The notes under the pieces were generated by a model, which searched no databases, was not told where the DNA came from, and saw only the letters and a program-made list of their open reading frames with translations. Below are positions 8,156 to 16,876 of a stretch of DNA of 64,000 nt, piece after piece (within the stretch, counting starts at the first letter, position 1; each line of letters begins with the position of its first letter). The DNA lies in assembly GCA_018648865.1 (NCBI GenBank), contig JABGQH010000004.1, positions 72,961-136,960 of the forward strand, written 5' to 3'. The translations under genes were made by a program, and so were the position numbers. The stretch comes from Candidatus Peregrinibacteria bacterium. GTDB lineage: Bacteria > Patescibacteriota > Gracilibacteria > Peribacterales > Peribacteraceae.

Positions 8156-10774
8156 ATGCATCCATTCGATAGATTCACTCCAAACGCAAAACTTGCTCTA
8201 CAGATCGCAGAACAAGAAGCAAAAAACATGAAAAGTAATTACATTGGAACAGAACATCTTATTTTGGGGCTTCTTAGTATCCCAAAATCTCTTGGGTTCT
8301 CTATCTTTACAGGGGCAGGAGTAACTCTTGAAAATGTAAGAATTTTGCTGAAAGCAATGAAATCACAAGATATTGAAGGGAAAGAAGTAAAACACGGACT
8401 ATCAAGCTATCTTCATTCAGTTATAGAACAGAGTGTTATAACTGCTCATAAATTTAGACACGCTAATGTTGGGACAGAACATTTACTACATGCACTAGTA
8501 TCAACAGGAAGCAACGGGGCAACTGCACTGCTAGAGCAAATGCAAGTAGAGCCAGAGGATCTAAAATCACATGTAGAAGAAATGTTTGGTCAGATTAATC
8601 AGTTCAAACAACAAAGTGGAAACATGGAACAGTCACTTGAGTCCTTCTTTCAAGGATTGCAAGGAGCAATAGTTGGAATGCAAGGAGGAACAGGACCAGG
8701 AATGCTGGAGCCAGAAGACGCCAAGAGAAGAAAAGGAGATGGCAAAAGCAAAACACCTGTTCTAGATTATTTCACTGATGATCTAATCGTCAGAGTGAAA
8801 GAAGGGAAAACAGATCCAGTAATAGGTAGAGACACAGAGATTGATAGAATGATTCACATTCTAAATAGGAAAACAAAAAATAATCCCGTATTGATAGGAG
8901 AACCAGGTGTAGGAAAAACTGCAATAGCAGAAGGATTGGCTCAAAGAATCGCTCATGGAAAAGTGCCATCTAGCTTAAGGAACAAACGAGTATTAGTTTT
9001 AAATATGGGTTCCTTGGTAGCTGGTACCAAGTACAGAGGAGAATTTGAACAAAGATTTGATGACATTATTAAAGAAGCAATCTCATGTGAAAATGAGATC
9101 CTGCTATTTATAGATGAGCTTCATACAGTAGTAGGTGCCGGATCCGCAGAAGGATCACTAGATGCAGCTAATATCCTTAAGCCAGCTCTTAGTAGAGGTG
9201 CTATTCAAGTAATAGGAGCAACTACAACAGATGAATTCAAGACAATCGAAAAAGACCGAGCATTAGAAAGGCGCTTCCAATCAATATTGGTAGAAGAACC
9301 AACTATGGATGACACAATTAAAATCCTAAAAGGAATTAGAAAAGGATTTGAGGAATTCCACAGACTTACAATTTCTGATGATGCATTGAAAGCATCAGTA
9401 CAATTAAGTAAGAGATACATTAACGACAGATTCCTGCCAGATAAAGCAATTGATGTATTAGATGAGGCAGCAGCCCAACTAAGCATTCAACAAACAGATG
9501 AATCACCAAAACTAAAAAAACTAGAAGATGCGCTAGAAGCATTAATAGAAAAACAACAGGATGCTGTTAAAGATCAAAAGTATCATGTGGCTCTTAAGCT
9601 AAAACAAGAACAACAAGTTCTTCAAGAAAAGATTGAAGAAGCAAGAGCAGCAATGGATGGAGACAAGAGAACTCCATTACGAATCACAGAAGATAACATT
9701 GCTCATGTAATTGGAAACATGACTGGGATACCAGTTACAAAGATTCTAAAAAGCGAAAACAAGAAACTTCAGAACCTAGAAGTATTAATGAGAAAGCATG
9801 TTGTTGGGCAAGATGAGTCCATTAAAAAGGTTGCCAGAGCAATTAGGAGGTCTCGTGTAGGGATAGGAGATCAACGCAGACCAATAGGCTCTTTCTTGTT
9901 CCTAGGTCCTACAGGTGTAGGTAAAACGGAATTGGTAAGAACAATTGCAGAAGAAGTATTCGGCAAAGAGGATGCTCTAATAAAAATAGATATGTCTGAG
10001 TTTATGGAAAGACATAATGTGTCTAGATTAGTTGGTGCAACAGCAGGATATGTTGGATACGAAGATGGAGGGCAACTAACAGAAATGGTGCGAAGAAAAC
10101 CTTATTCTGTAGTTCTATTTGATGAAATAGAAAAAGCACATCCTGAGTTCTTTAATATTCTATTACAAGTACTAGAAGATGGAGTGCTAACTGATGGACA
10201 TGGAAAACAGGTTGATTTCCGAAATACTGTAATAGTTATGACCAGTAATATTGGAGCAGGAAAGCTTACAAAAGAGGCGGCAAAAATTGGATTTAAAACA
10301 CTGATCGATTCCGAGAAAGAAGACAAAGCCTACGAAGAAAAATGCGAAGAAGTAATTTCTGAGCTAAAGGAAAATGTTCGTCCTGAATTCTTGAATCGTG
10401 TTGATCACGTAATTGTGTTCAATGCACTACATCAAGAGCATATTAGAAAGATTGTAAATATCCATATTGATATGCTTACAAATAGGCTTAAGGAAAAAGG
10501 ATACAAGCTAGAAATAGATCAAAAAGCTGTAAATTTCTTAGCAGAAAAAGGATTTGATCAAGAATATGGTGCTAGACCAGTACGTCGTGTGATCCAAGAG
10601 CATGTAGAAGATGAAATAGCTGAACACATTCTAAAGGGCATATTTAACACTGGTGACACAATATGCGTGATTAAGAAGAAGGATAAAGAAGCTCTGGATT
10701 TTATGCCAAAAGAGGTAAGCAAGAAGCCGAAAGTAAAGAAGGCACCCCCAAAAGCCAAAGCCAAAGCTGCATAA
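8156..10774 (+). CDS. clpC: ATP-dependent Clp protease ATP-binding subunit ClpC (class I AAA+), with an extra Lys-rich tail
   Basis: Double Clp_N repeat, two AAA+ modules (GEPGVGKTAIAEGLA; FLFLGPTGVGKTEL), and a UVR-like linker (DQKYHVALKLKQEQQ). The C-terminus ends KKPKVKKAPPKAKAKAA. Confidence 0.9.
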   Translation: MHPFDRFTPNAKLALQIAEQEAKNMKSNYIGTEHLILGLLSIPKSLGFSIFTGAGVTLENVRILLKAMKSQDIEGKEVKHGLSSYLHSVIEQSVITAHKFRHANVGTEHLLHALVSTGSNGATALLEQMQVEPEDLKSHVEEMFGQINQFKQQSGNMEQSLESFFQGLQGAIVGMQGGTGPGMLEPEDAKRRKGDGKSKTPVLDYFTDDLIVRVKEGKTDPVIGRDTEIDRMIHILNRKTKNNPVLIGEPGVGKTAIAEGLAQRIAHGKVPSSLRNKRVLVLNMGSLVAGTKYRGEFEQRFDDIIKEAISCENEILLFIDELHTVVGAGSAEGSLDAANILKPALSRGAIQVIGATTTDEFKTIEKDRALERRFQSILVEEPTMDDTIKILKGIRKGFEEFHRLTISDDALKASVQLSKRYINDRFLPDKAIDVLDEAAAQLSIQQTDESPKLKKLEDALEALIEKQQDAVKDQKYHVALKLKQEQQVLQEKIEEARAAMDGDKRTPLRITEDNIAHVIGNMTGIPVTKILKSENKKLQNLEVLMRKHVVGQDESIKKVARAIRRSRVGIGDQRRPIGSFLFLGPTGVGKTELVRTIAEEVFGKEDALIKIDMSEFMERHNVSRLVGATAGYVGYEDGGQLTEMVRRKPYSVVLFDEIEKAHPEFFNILLQVLEDGVLTDGHGKQVDFRNTVIVMTSNIGAGKLTKEAAKIGFKTLIDSEKEDKAYEEKCEEVISELKENVRPEFLNRVDHVIVFNALHQEHIRKIVNIHIDMLTNRLKEKGYKLEIDQKAVNFLAEKGFDQEYGARPVRRVIQEHVEDEIAEHILKGIFNTGDTICVIKKKDKEALDFMPKEVSKKPKVKKAPPKAKAKAA

Positions 10775-10837
10775 TTTGCAACAATGCGCTTAGCTAGTGG
10801 ATTAAATACGTAAAATATGATAGAATAGATAGATTCT

Positions 10838-11299
10838 ATGCCTATAGATCCTGTCAAAATTCCACAAAATGTAAATGTGGAAGATCGGGTAATCGGACCA
10901 GTATCACTGAGACAGATATTCCTGTTGCTCGGTGGCGGTGGTACAAGTTACATAATATGGGCTCTAATGAATAGCATGGGAATCATAAAAATATGGGCAG
11001 GCATAGTCGCTGCTATCCCTGCAGTAATAATGGTTTTATTCGCATTCGTTAAGGTTCAAGAAATATCATTACTACGTCTACTATTCCTTCAAATAGAAAA
11101 AAGTAAAAAGCCGAGTATCCGATTCTGGCAACCTAGAAAAGGAATAAATATTCAAAATATTGCAATGCATTCCAGAGCTAGTAAGAATAATCGTGCAAAC
11201 CAGAAGACTGTGGAAAAGACTCATAAATCATCAGTAATAGATGAATTAAGTTCAGTTCTAGACACAGAAGTATTATCCCCTACTGAATCACCAGCTTAA
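10838..11299 (+). CDS. PrgI family (VirB3-like) membrane protein
   Basis: The N-terminal pattern VKIPQNVNVEDRVIGPVSLRQIFLLLGG followed by TM helices matches the PrgI-family signature as I recall it. Confidence 0.6.
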   Translation: MPIDPVKIPQNVNVEDRVIGPVSLRQIFLLLGGGGTSYIIWALMNSMGIIKIWAGIVAAIPAVIMVLFAFVKVQEISLLRLLFLQIEKSKKPSIRFWQPRKGINIQNIAMHSRASKNNRANQKTVEKTHKSSVIDELSSVLDTEVLSPTESPA

Positions 11300-11304
11300 G
11301 TAAG

Positions 11305-12105
11305 ATGCCAGAGGAAACAAATAAAGCAGAGGCAATAGAAGAAATAAAGAAAGATGCAGATACAGATGCAAAAAAAGTACCTGCTAAGAAAAAAACAAAA
11401 AGAAAACCAAAAAGCACAGTAAGAAAAAGCAAAGGTAACAAGCACTCTTCCACTCAAAGATATCTTCCAATAGCAGAAATACGAAACAATACTGTTCTGC
11501 TAAAAAATGGAGGACTAAGAGCAGTACTAGAAGTAGAAGCATTAAACTTTAATCTTAAAAGCGAGACTGAGCAGCAAGGAATAATTGCTGGTTATCAATC
11601 TTTTATTAATTCAATTACTTTCCCTATACAAATAGTTGTACGTTCTAGAAGGGTAAACATCGCTCCATATCTAAAAGAAATTAAGTTAATGGCAAAGAAT
11701 CAAAAGAATCCATTATTAAAGAAACAGACCGAATCATATGCAATGTTCGTAGAAAAAGTTGTAGAAGTTGCAGATATTATGAAAAAGAAATTCTATGTAA
11801 TTGTCCCGCTAGACGACCAAGCTATACAACAGAAAAAAAGTACATTACGACAATTGTTCTCTTGGCTTCAAATAGATGATTCAGGGGGCCGCGCAGTTCA
11901 AAGATACAAAAGCTTTGTTTCTAAGCATACAAAACTAATAGATAGACTTAATTTGGTTCAATCTGGACTTAATAGCATCGGACTTATAACACACAGACTT
12001 AATACAAAAGAGCTTATTGAGCTCTATTACGAAACATACAATCCACACGCAAGCGCAGTCCAAAAACTAAATGAAGATCTAAATCTTGATCAATTTGCTA
12101 TTTAG
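11305..12105 (+). CDS. Stand-alone VirB4/TrsE N-terminal-domain-like protein (no ATPase domain)
   Basis: YLPIAEIRNNTVLLKNGGLRAVLEVEALNFNLKSETEQQGIIAGYQSFINSITFPIQIVVRS resembles the conserved N-terminal block of Gram-positive VirB4 (CagE/TrbE/VirB family). The ORF ends before any Walker motif. Confidence 0.55.
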   Translation: MPEETNKAEAIEEIKKDADTDAKKVPAKKKTKRKPKSTVRKSKGNKHSSTQRYLPIAEIRNNTVLLKNGGLRAVLEVEALNFNLKSETEQQGIIAGYQSFINSITFPIQIVVRSRRVNIAPYLKEIKLMAKNQKNPLLKKQTESYAMFVEKVVEVADIMKKKFYVIVPLDDQAIQQKKSTLRQLFSWLQIDDSGGRAVQRYKSFVSKHTKLIDRLNLVQSGLNSIGLITHRLNTKELIELYYETYNPHASAVQKLNEDLNLDQFAI

Positions 12106-12180
12106 GACGTAAAACCAACAAAAGTTAACGGATTAAGTAATTGACTGATTTAATGCATAATGCAAAAATATCGGTGTTAA

Positions 12181-12232
12181 GGTCTTTTCGCTGCTCGTGC
12201 AAGAGCGACAGACCACATTCATTTTTTATTTC
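12181..12232 (+). terminator. Candidate intrinsic terminator after the VirB4-N-like gene
   Basis: GGTCT..CGCT..AGCG..AGACC hairpin followed by a T-rich tract (cattttttatttc). Confidence 0.45.
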
Positions 12233-12257
12233 TTAATCCTTGCACCACCCTTTTTGT

Positions 12258-13655
12258 ATGGCAAAAACAACAACAACGTCCGTAATGGACACTTTACTAG
12301 AAAACGGACCAACAATTCTACGAATCAGACCTGGTGAATTACTAGAAGGAACCGTAGTTTTTAAAGGAAAGAATAAATTACTTATAGATATTGGTGGAGT
12401 AGCTACTGGTATTATTTCTGGTCGTGAATTAAGAGACTCATTTAATACATTTAAAGAACTAACAATCGGGAGCTCAGTAATGGCCATGGTGTTAGAGGAA
12501 GAAAACAACGAAGGAATGCATGTGCTTAGTTTGCGTATGGCTAGCCAGCAAAAAGCATGGGAACAATTCCATAGACTAATAGAAGAAGGAGGAACAATGA
12601 AGTTTGTTGCGCAAGAAGCAAACAAAGGAGGACTTCTATCTAACATTGATGGTATTAGAACATTCCTACCTGTTTCTCAATTAGCTCCAGCTCATTACCC
12701 AAGAGTTAACAACGCAGATCAAAGCGAAATCATTAATCGTTTATTAAAATACGTAAACTTCACATTCACTGTAAAAATTATAACTATGGATGAGGAGGCA
12801 GGAAAAATCGTAGTATCCGAACGTGAAGCACTATCAGAAAAGCGAGCTAATTCACTTGAGTCTCTAAAGATAGGAGACACAAAAGATGGAATGGTTACAG
12901 GAGTTGTTAAGTTTGGATTATTCGTAGCATTCGATGGGTTAGAAGGACTAGTACACATCTCTGAAATTGCATGGGGTCACGTAAAGAATCCTTCTGAACA
13001 CGCAGTAGTAGGAGACAAGGTTAAAGTAAAGATTATTGGAATAGATGGAGACAAACTTAGCCTAAGTATGAAACAGCTAACCAGAGATCCATGGGAAGAG
13101 ATTGCAGAAAGATACCCAGTTGGCAAAAAAGTTACTGGAACTGTAGTACGTTTCGCAGATTACGGAGCATTCCTTAAGCTAGAAAAAGATATTAATGGAT
13201 TGATTCATCTTACAGAGGTGTCTCACCTAAAAGCAGATGATCCTTCTGAGGTACTCACAATAGGCCAGAAAGTTGATGCTCAGGTCATAAACATAGATAT
13301 TGATGAAAGACGCATTGGACTATCTCTTAAAGCTCTACAGCCAATAGACAAAGAAACTCTAGAAAAGCTAAAAGCAGAACAAGCCAAGAAAGAAGAAGAG
13401 GCAGCTAAAGAAGTAGAGAAAAAAGAAAAGAAAGTAGCTAAAAAGAAAACTGAAGATAAGAAAGAAGAAAAAACTGAAGAGAAAGAAGAAAAAAGCGAAA
13501 AATCAGAGCCTAAAACAGAAGGTGGATTCGTAGCTTCTAAATCTGGAAAGAAGTTTTACTCTGTAGAAAGCGCACAAGGCAAAAAAATTAAAGAAGAAAA
13601 CCGCGTGTACTTTGCAACAGAAGAAGAAGCAGAAAAAGCAGGACTAAGTAAATAA
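12258..13655 (+). CDS. rpsA: 30S ribosomal protein S1 (four S1 domains) with a Lys/Glu-rich linker and a small extra C-terminal domain
   Basis: Repeated S1 OB-fold modules (e.g. GMVTGVVKFGLFVAFDGLEGLVHISE; VTGTVVRFADYGAFLKL). Start set at ATG 12258 (MAKTTT). Confidence 0.9.
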   Translation: MAKTTTTSVMDTLLENGPTILRIRPGELLEGTVVFKGKNKLLIDIGGVATGIISGRELRDSFNTFKELTIGSSVMAMVLEEENNEGMHVLSLRMASQQKAWEQFHRLIEEGGTMKFVAQEANKGGLLSNIDGIRTFLPVSQLAPAHYPRVNNADQSEIINRLLKYVNFTFTVKIITMDEEAGKIVVSEREALSEKRANSLESLKIGDTKDGMVTGVVKFGLFVAFDGLEGLVHISEIAWGHVKNPSEHAVVGDKVKVKIIGIDGDKLSLSMKQLTRDPWEEIAERYPVGKKVTGTVVRFADYGAFLKLEKDINGLIHLTEVSHLKADDPSEVLTIGQKVDAQVINIDIDERRIGLSLKALQPIDKETLEKLKAEQAKKEEEAAKEVEKKEKKVAKKKTEDKKEEKTEEKEEKSEKSEPKTEGGFVASKSGKKFYSVESAQGKKIKEENRVYFATEEEAEKAGLSK

Positions 13656-13672
13656 GAGTTTTAAAAAAATAT

Positions 13673-13708
13673 GGAGTGTAAGACGAAAGTTTGCACTCCT
13701 ATTTTTTT
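13673..13708. terminator. Bidirectional intrinsic terminator between rpsA and the HIT gene
   Basis: GGAGTG...CACTCC stem flanked by an A-run upstream and a T-run downstream. Confidence 0.65.
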
Positions 13709-14048
13709 ATTCCTTAATTGGTTCCTGACTTAAAAAATGTAAGTGGAGAAAGAACACTTCTTGCCCACCACCTTTTCCTACATGAAATTTGAGCTGATAA
13801 CCATCTATTCCATTCTGCTTGGCAAATGTTTGAGCAGCACTAATCAGAAGTAATGGAACATGAGAAGTGGAGTCCGAAAGATCAGCAATAGATGCTACGA
13901 AATCCTCTTCTTGCTTCGCTATAAACAAAATATGAGTCGGAGCCCTAGGGTTAATATCCTTAAAACCTAGTACTCTCTCTGTCTCGTACACTTTGCCTGA
14001 GGAAATACTGCCGTCTAATATCTTGTGAAATATTGTCGTATTATCCAT
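13707..14048 (-). CDS. HIT family (histidine triad) nucleotide hydrolase
   Basis: The N-terminus IFHKILDG...V and the C-terminal triad-like FFLHLHFLS are typical of HinT-like proteins. Start set at Met18. Confidence 0.85.
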   Translation of the reverse strand: MDNTTIFHKILDGSISSGKVYETERVLGFKDINPRAPTHILFIAKQEEDFVASIADLSDSTSHVPLLLISAAQTFAKQNGIDGYQLKFHVGKGGGQEVFFLHLHFLSQEPIKE

Positions 14049-14135
14049 ATATCCCAATTGTAGCAGGAAGCAATAGACAACCAAGGTGACATTCGGCAAA
14101 TTGACTTTTTAGCCAAAAAAAGGGAAAATAGACAT

Positions 14136-14624
14136 GTGACAGGAACATCTACTCCAGAAAAAGGTAAATCAGTTGAATCAAATTTAGAACAAAGTGATGC
14201 TTTGATTGTATCTCAACCTAAAAAACTAGAGGGGTTGCTAGAAACCATCTCTCTTATAGATAAAGTAAGTGAGAAATTGGGTGAAGATAAATCTGGTGAC
14301 ATGGGATCAGGTGGGCAAACCTCTATGTCTAAAAGTAGCAAGTCATCTAGTTCTAGTAGAGCACAAGCAATCGCAAATTTGCCAGAACCTAGAGTCATGC
14401 AAAAGAGTTTAGAAAAACATATCCATCACGAAGTTAAATTACTACAAAAGAAAGTTAAAAAGATTACAAAAGAATCAAAAGAAGGAAACGCTCATAAGCT
14501 AAATGAACTCTACGCACACATGCGTAGGTTAAATGGAATTCTATCTGAACTCGTAGAAGCATCTTATGACATTGTAAAAAGGCTCTACGTACGAATCTTT
14601 GTAGATAAGCAGAATATAACTTAA
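14136..14624 (+). CDS. Hypothetical protein (Ser-rich middle, helical C-terminus)
   Basis: The ORF fills the intergenic space. No recognised motifs. Confidence 0.45.
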   Translation: MTGTSTPEKGKSVESNLEQSDALIVSQPKKLEGLLETISLIDKVSEKLGEDKSGDMGSGGQTSMSKSSKSSSSSRAQAIANLPEPRVMQKSLEKHIHHEVKLLQKKVKKITKESKEGNAHKLNELYAHMRRLNGILSELVEASYDIVKRLYVRIFVDKQNIT

Positions 14625-14629
14625 AGAAA

Positions 14630-14911
14630 CTACTTCTTGGATTTCTTCTTCTTTGTAGATTTCTTCTTCTTTTTAGCAGCGTCTTTTTCTTTGTACTTAG
14701 CCTCTAAAAACTGAACAACAACATCCAATCCTTGATCTGCAAAAGATAAAGGTTTTAAAAGTGTGCCCTCTACCTGAGAAGTAATGTCTTGAACACGACG
14801 AACAATTTTACGTGCATCAACAACGATAAACAAAACATGATACAAAACAATTAGAACAACTATGGCAATTACTATTTGTAATCCTAGAAGAACATCTTGA
14901 ACAGGAAGCAT
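14630..14911 (-). CDS. Small N-terminally anchored membrane protein (DUF948-like) with a poly-Lys tail
   Basis: One TM helix, then a helical region, then KKKKKSTKKKKSKK. Confidence 0.5.
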   Translation of the reverse strand: MLPVQDVLLGLQIVIAIVVLIVLYHVLFIVVDARKIVRRVQDITSQVEGTLLKPLSFADQGLDVVVQFLEAKYKEKDAAKKKKKSTKKKKSKK

Positions 14912-14956
14912 ATGTAACAGGGAAAAGGTACAATGAGGTTACCGCTAAGGCACATA

Positions 14957-15289
14957 ATGCGCAACATACTCTTTTTCCCTCGGCAGATACTTATAGTTTT
15001 TATACGACTGTATCAAAACACTCTTTCGCCAGACCATGGACCATTAAAAGCTATTTATCCATATGGCTACTGCAGGCATCTACCAACTTGTAGCCAGTAC
15101 GCAATTAATGAAATAAGAAAAAAAGGAGTAATTGTAGGAACAGTTAAAGCTTTTTGGCGAATCCTCCACTGTTCACCATGGCATACACCTTCGGATAAGA
15201 AGATTATTTCTATATTGTCTGATGAATATCTAACAATGCCTAATATGAAAGAAGATATTAAAAATTGTGATCAAGAGATAGATTTATGA
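14957..15289 (+). CDS. yidD: Membrane protein insertion efficiency factor YidD (with C-terminal extension)
   Basis: IRLYQNTLSP...CRHLPTCSQYAINEIRKKG...RILHCSPW is the YidD signature. Confidence 0.85.
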   Translation: MRNILFFPRQILIVFIRLYQNTLSPDHGPLKAIYPYGYCRHLPTCSQYAINEIRKKGVIVGTVKAFWRILHCSPWHTPSDKKIISILSDEYLTMPNMKEDIKNCDQEIDL

Positions 15290-15369
15290 AATACAAACAT
15301 GCTTATACTTAAATATTTATAATGTAATTCGTCTATGAACTAATTATAGATGAATATTCCTTGCTTAGG

Positions 15370-15390
15370 TGATACACTTTTGATACACTT
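15370..15390 (+). promoter_or_regulatory. Tandem direct repeat TGATACACTT x2 (11-bp register), candidate operator of the RHH antitoxin
   Basis: Read directly: tgatacactt t tgatacactt, ending 25 nt upstream of the antitoxin ATG. Confidence 0.35.
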
Positions 15391-15414
15391 AATGCATTGT
15401 TACTATTTAAATAT

Positions 15415-15645
15415 ATGCCTACCAATAAGAAGAGAATTAATATTACACTCCCCAATCACATTGCTATTTTCTTAGAAGAAATAGCTCTACGTGATGATGT
15501 ACCACAGGCAACAAAAGCTGCTGAATTATTAGAACGAGCATTGGAACTAGAAGAAGATACTTTTTTTAGTAAAGCCGCTGATGAAATAGATACAAAAAAA
15601 TCAGAATTTATTTCTCATAATGATTTCTGGTCAAAAGTTTTATGA
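15415..15645 (+). CDS. Ribbon-helix-helix (CopG/RelB-like) antitoxin
   Basis: KKRINITLPNHIAIFLEEIA is an RHH beta-strand plus helix pattern. It has a 4-nt ATGA overlap with the downstream RelE/ParE gene. Confidence 0.7.
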   Translation: MPTNKKRINITLPNHIAIFLEEIALRDDVPQATKAAELLERALELEEDTFFSKAADEIDTKKSEFISHNDFWSKVL

Positions 15646-15920
15646 AATATTTAGTAACATATTCCACGCTATTAAATACAAAAGAAATCCAACGTTTTCC
15701 TAAGCCAGATCTTAAAAGAATAAAAAAGACCATAGAAGATAAACTTACTACTAATCCAGAAGCATTTGGTAAACCACTTCGATTTTCTTTAAAGGGACAC
15801 CGTAGCCTACGTGTAGGTGATTATAGAATTATTTTTCGTATAGAAAATGATACTGTAAAAATATTAGTAATTAGCCATAGGTCAGTTGTTTACGAAGATT
15901 ATAAAAATAGGTTAATTTGA
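15642..15920 (+). CDS. Type II toxin, RelE/ParE family
   Basis: 92 aa with the C-terminal core LRVGDYRIIFRIENDTVKILVISHRS, typical of RelE/ParE. Confidence 0.8.
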   Translation: MKYLVTYSTLLNTKEIQRFPKPDLKRIKKTIEDKLTTNPEAFGKPLRFSLKGHRSLRVGDYRIIFRIENDTVKILVISHRSVVYEDYKNRLI

Positions 15921-15949
15921 TTTGAGTTATTACTTGAGCAAAACTCAAA
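15921..15949 (+). terminator. Hairpin directly after the toxin gene
   Basis: TTTGAGTT...AACTCAAA forms an 8-bp stem. There is no strong T-run. Confidence 0.4.
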
Positions 15950-15987
15950 ATATAGTTACTCTCATTATCGTAGCTTAAATAAATTAA

Positions 15988-16062
15988 GCGGGTATAGCAC
16001 AATGGCTAGTGCATCAGCCTTCCAAGCTGAGGATACGGGTTCGATCCCCGTTACCCGCTCCA
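15988..16062 (+). tRNA. tRNA-Gly (anticodon TCC) with encoded CCA
   Basis: Manual cloverleaf: acceptor stem GCGGGTA/TACCCGC, D arm GCAC..GTGC, anticodon stem TCAGC/GCTGA with loop CTTCCAA, T arm ACGGG-TTCGATC-CCCGT, discriminator T, then CCA. Confidence 0.95.
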
Positions 16063-16069
16063 CGAAGCA
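16055..16069 (+). repeat. tRNA-Gly 3'-end segment (CCGCTCCACGAAGCA), left copy of a direct repeat
   Basis: The identical 15-mer recurs at 16877-16891. A partial copy (CCCGCGAAGCAAAC) lies at 16195-16208. Confidence 0.8.
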
Positions 16070-16253
16070 AACTTCGCTTCGCTCAGTTGCTACGTGGCGC
16101 TGCCTTTATCATCGAACCTCTTTCTTAAGTTTGCTGAGTGTCATGTAGTCTGCCGAAGGCAGTACTTCTGCGACACAAAAACCCCTTTCGAAGACCCGCG
16201 AAGCAAACGAATGAGAATTATTCATTCCAAGAATTTACATTAATACTGAATTA

Positions 16254-16835
16254 TTGTATAATACAAATATGACAACAGAACCTGAAAGGAATCCGAACGA
16301 ACCAGAATTAATATTGTCCCCTGGTGACCTAGATAGAAGAATTATTAGCGCACTTAATTCAATAAACTTTAGTAATCCCACATACTATGAAATTGCTGAG
16401 TTACTAGAAAAAATGTCTAAATTAGAACGTAAGGCAGAAAAAAAATTGAGAGCTCTTGAGCACGATTCTGAATCATACGAAGATCTAAAAGGAGAAATTG
16501 AAAATGATATTTACGAAGCAAGGAAACGTATGCATAAGTTATTTTTACGTGATTATGAATATGACTCAAATAAACCAAGCCTTACAATAGTGCCAAGTGA
16601 CGCTTATAAAAATAGAGAAGTAGAAGATTTACCATTTAGAAACTCAGATCTTAAATATCTCGCTCACCATATAGCAATGATGGCCAGATTTGAACAAGAG
16701 TTAGAATCTTATCTAACTGAATGGGATGAATTACCTGATAGAGAAAGGAATGTAATGATGAGGGACACAATGAAAAAGCTGGAAAGTTACAAAGAACTTG
16801 TAACTGAACGATTGCTTGGTAAATATGATGAGTAA
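16254..16835 (+). CDS. Hypothetical protein (ORFan, helical and charged)
   Basis: 193-aa ORF lying between the two copies of the tRNA 3'-end repeat. Confidence 0.5.
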   Translation: MYNTNMTTEPERNPNEPELILSPGDLDRRIISALNSINFSNPTYYEIAELLEKMSKLERKAEKKLRALEHDSESYEDLKGEIENDIYEARKRMHKLFLRDYEYDSNKPSLTIVPSDAYKNREVEDLPFRNSDLKYLAHHIAMMARFEQELESYLTEWDELPDRERNVMMRDTMKKLESYKELVTERLLGKYDE

Positions 16836-16876
16836 AGTTATATTAAGGTTTTATAGTTGTAATACCTCGTACCCAT

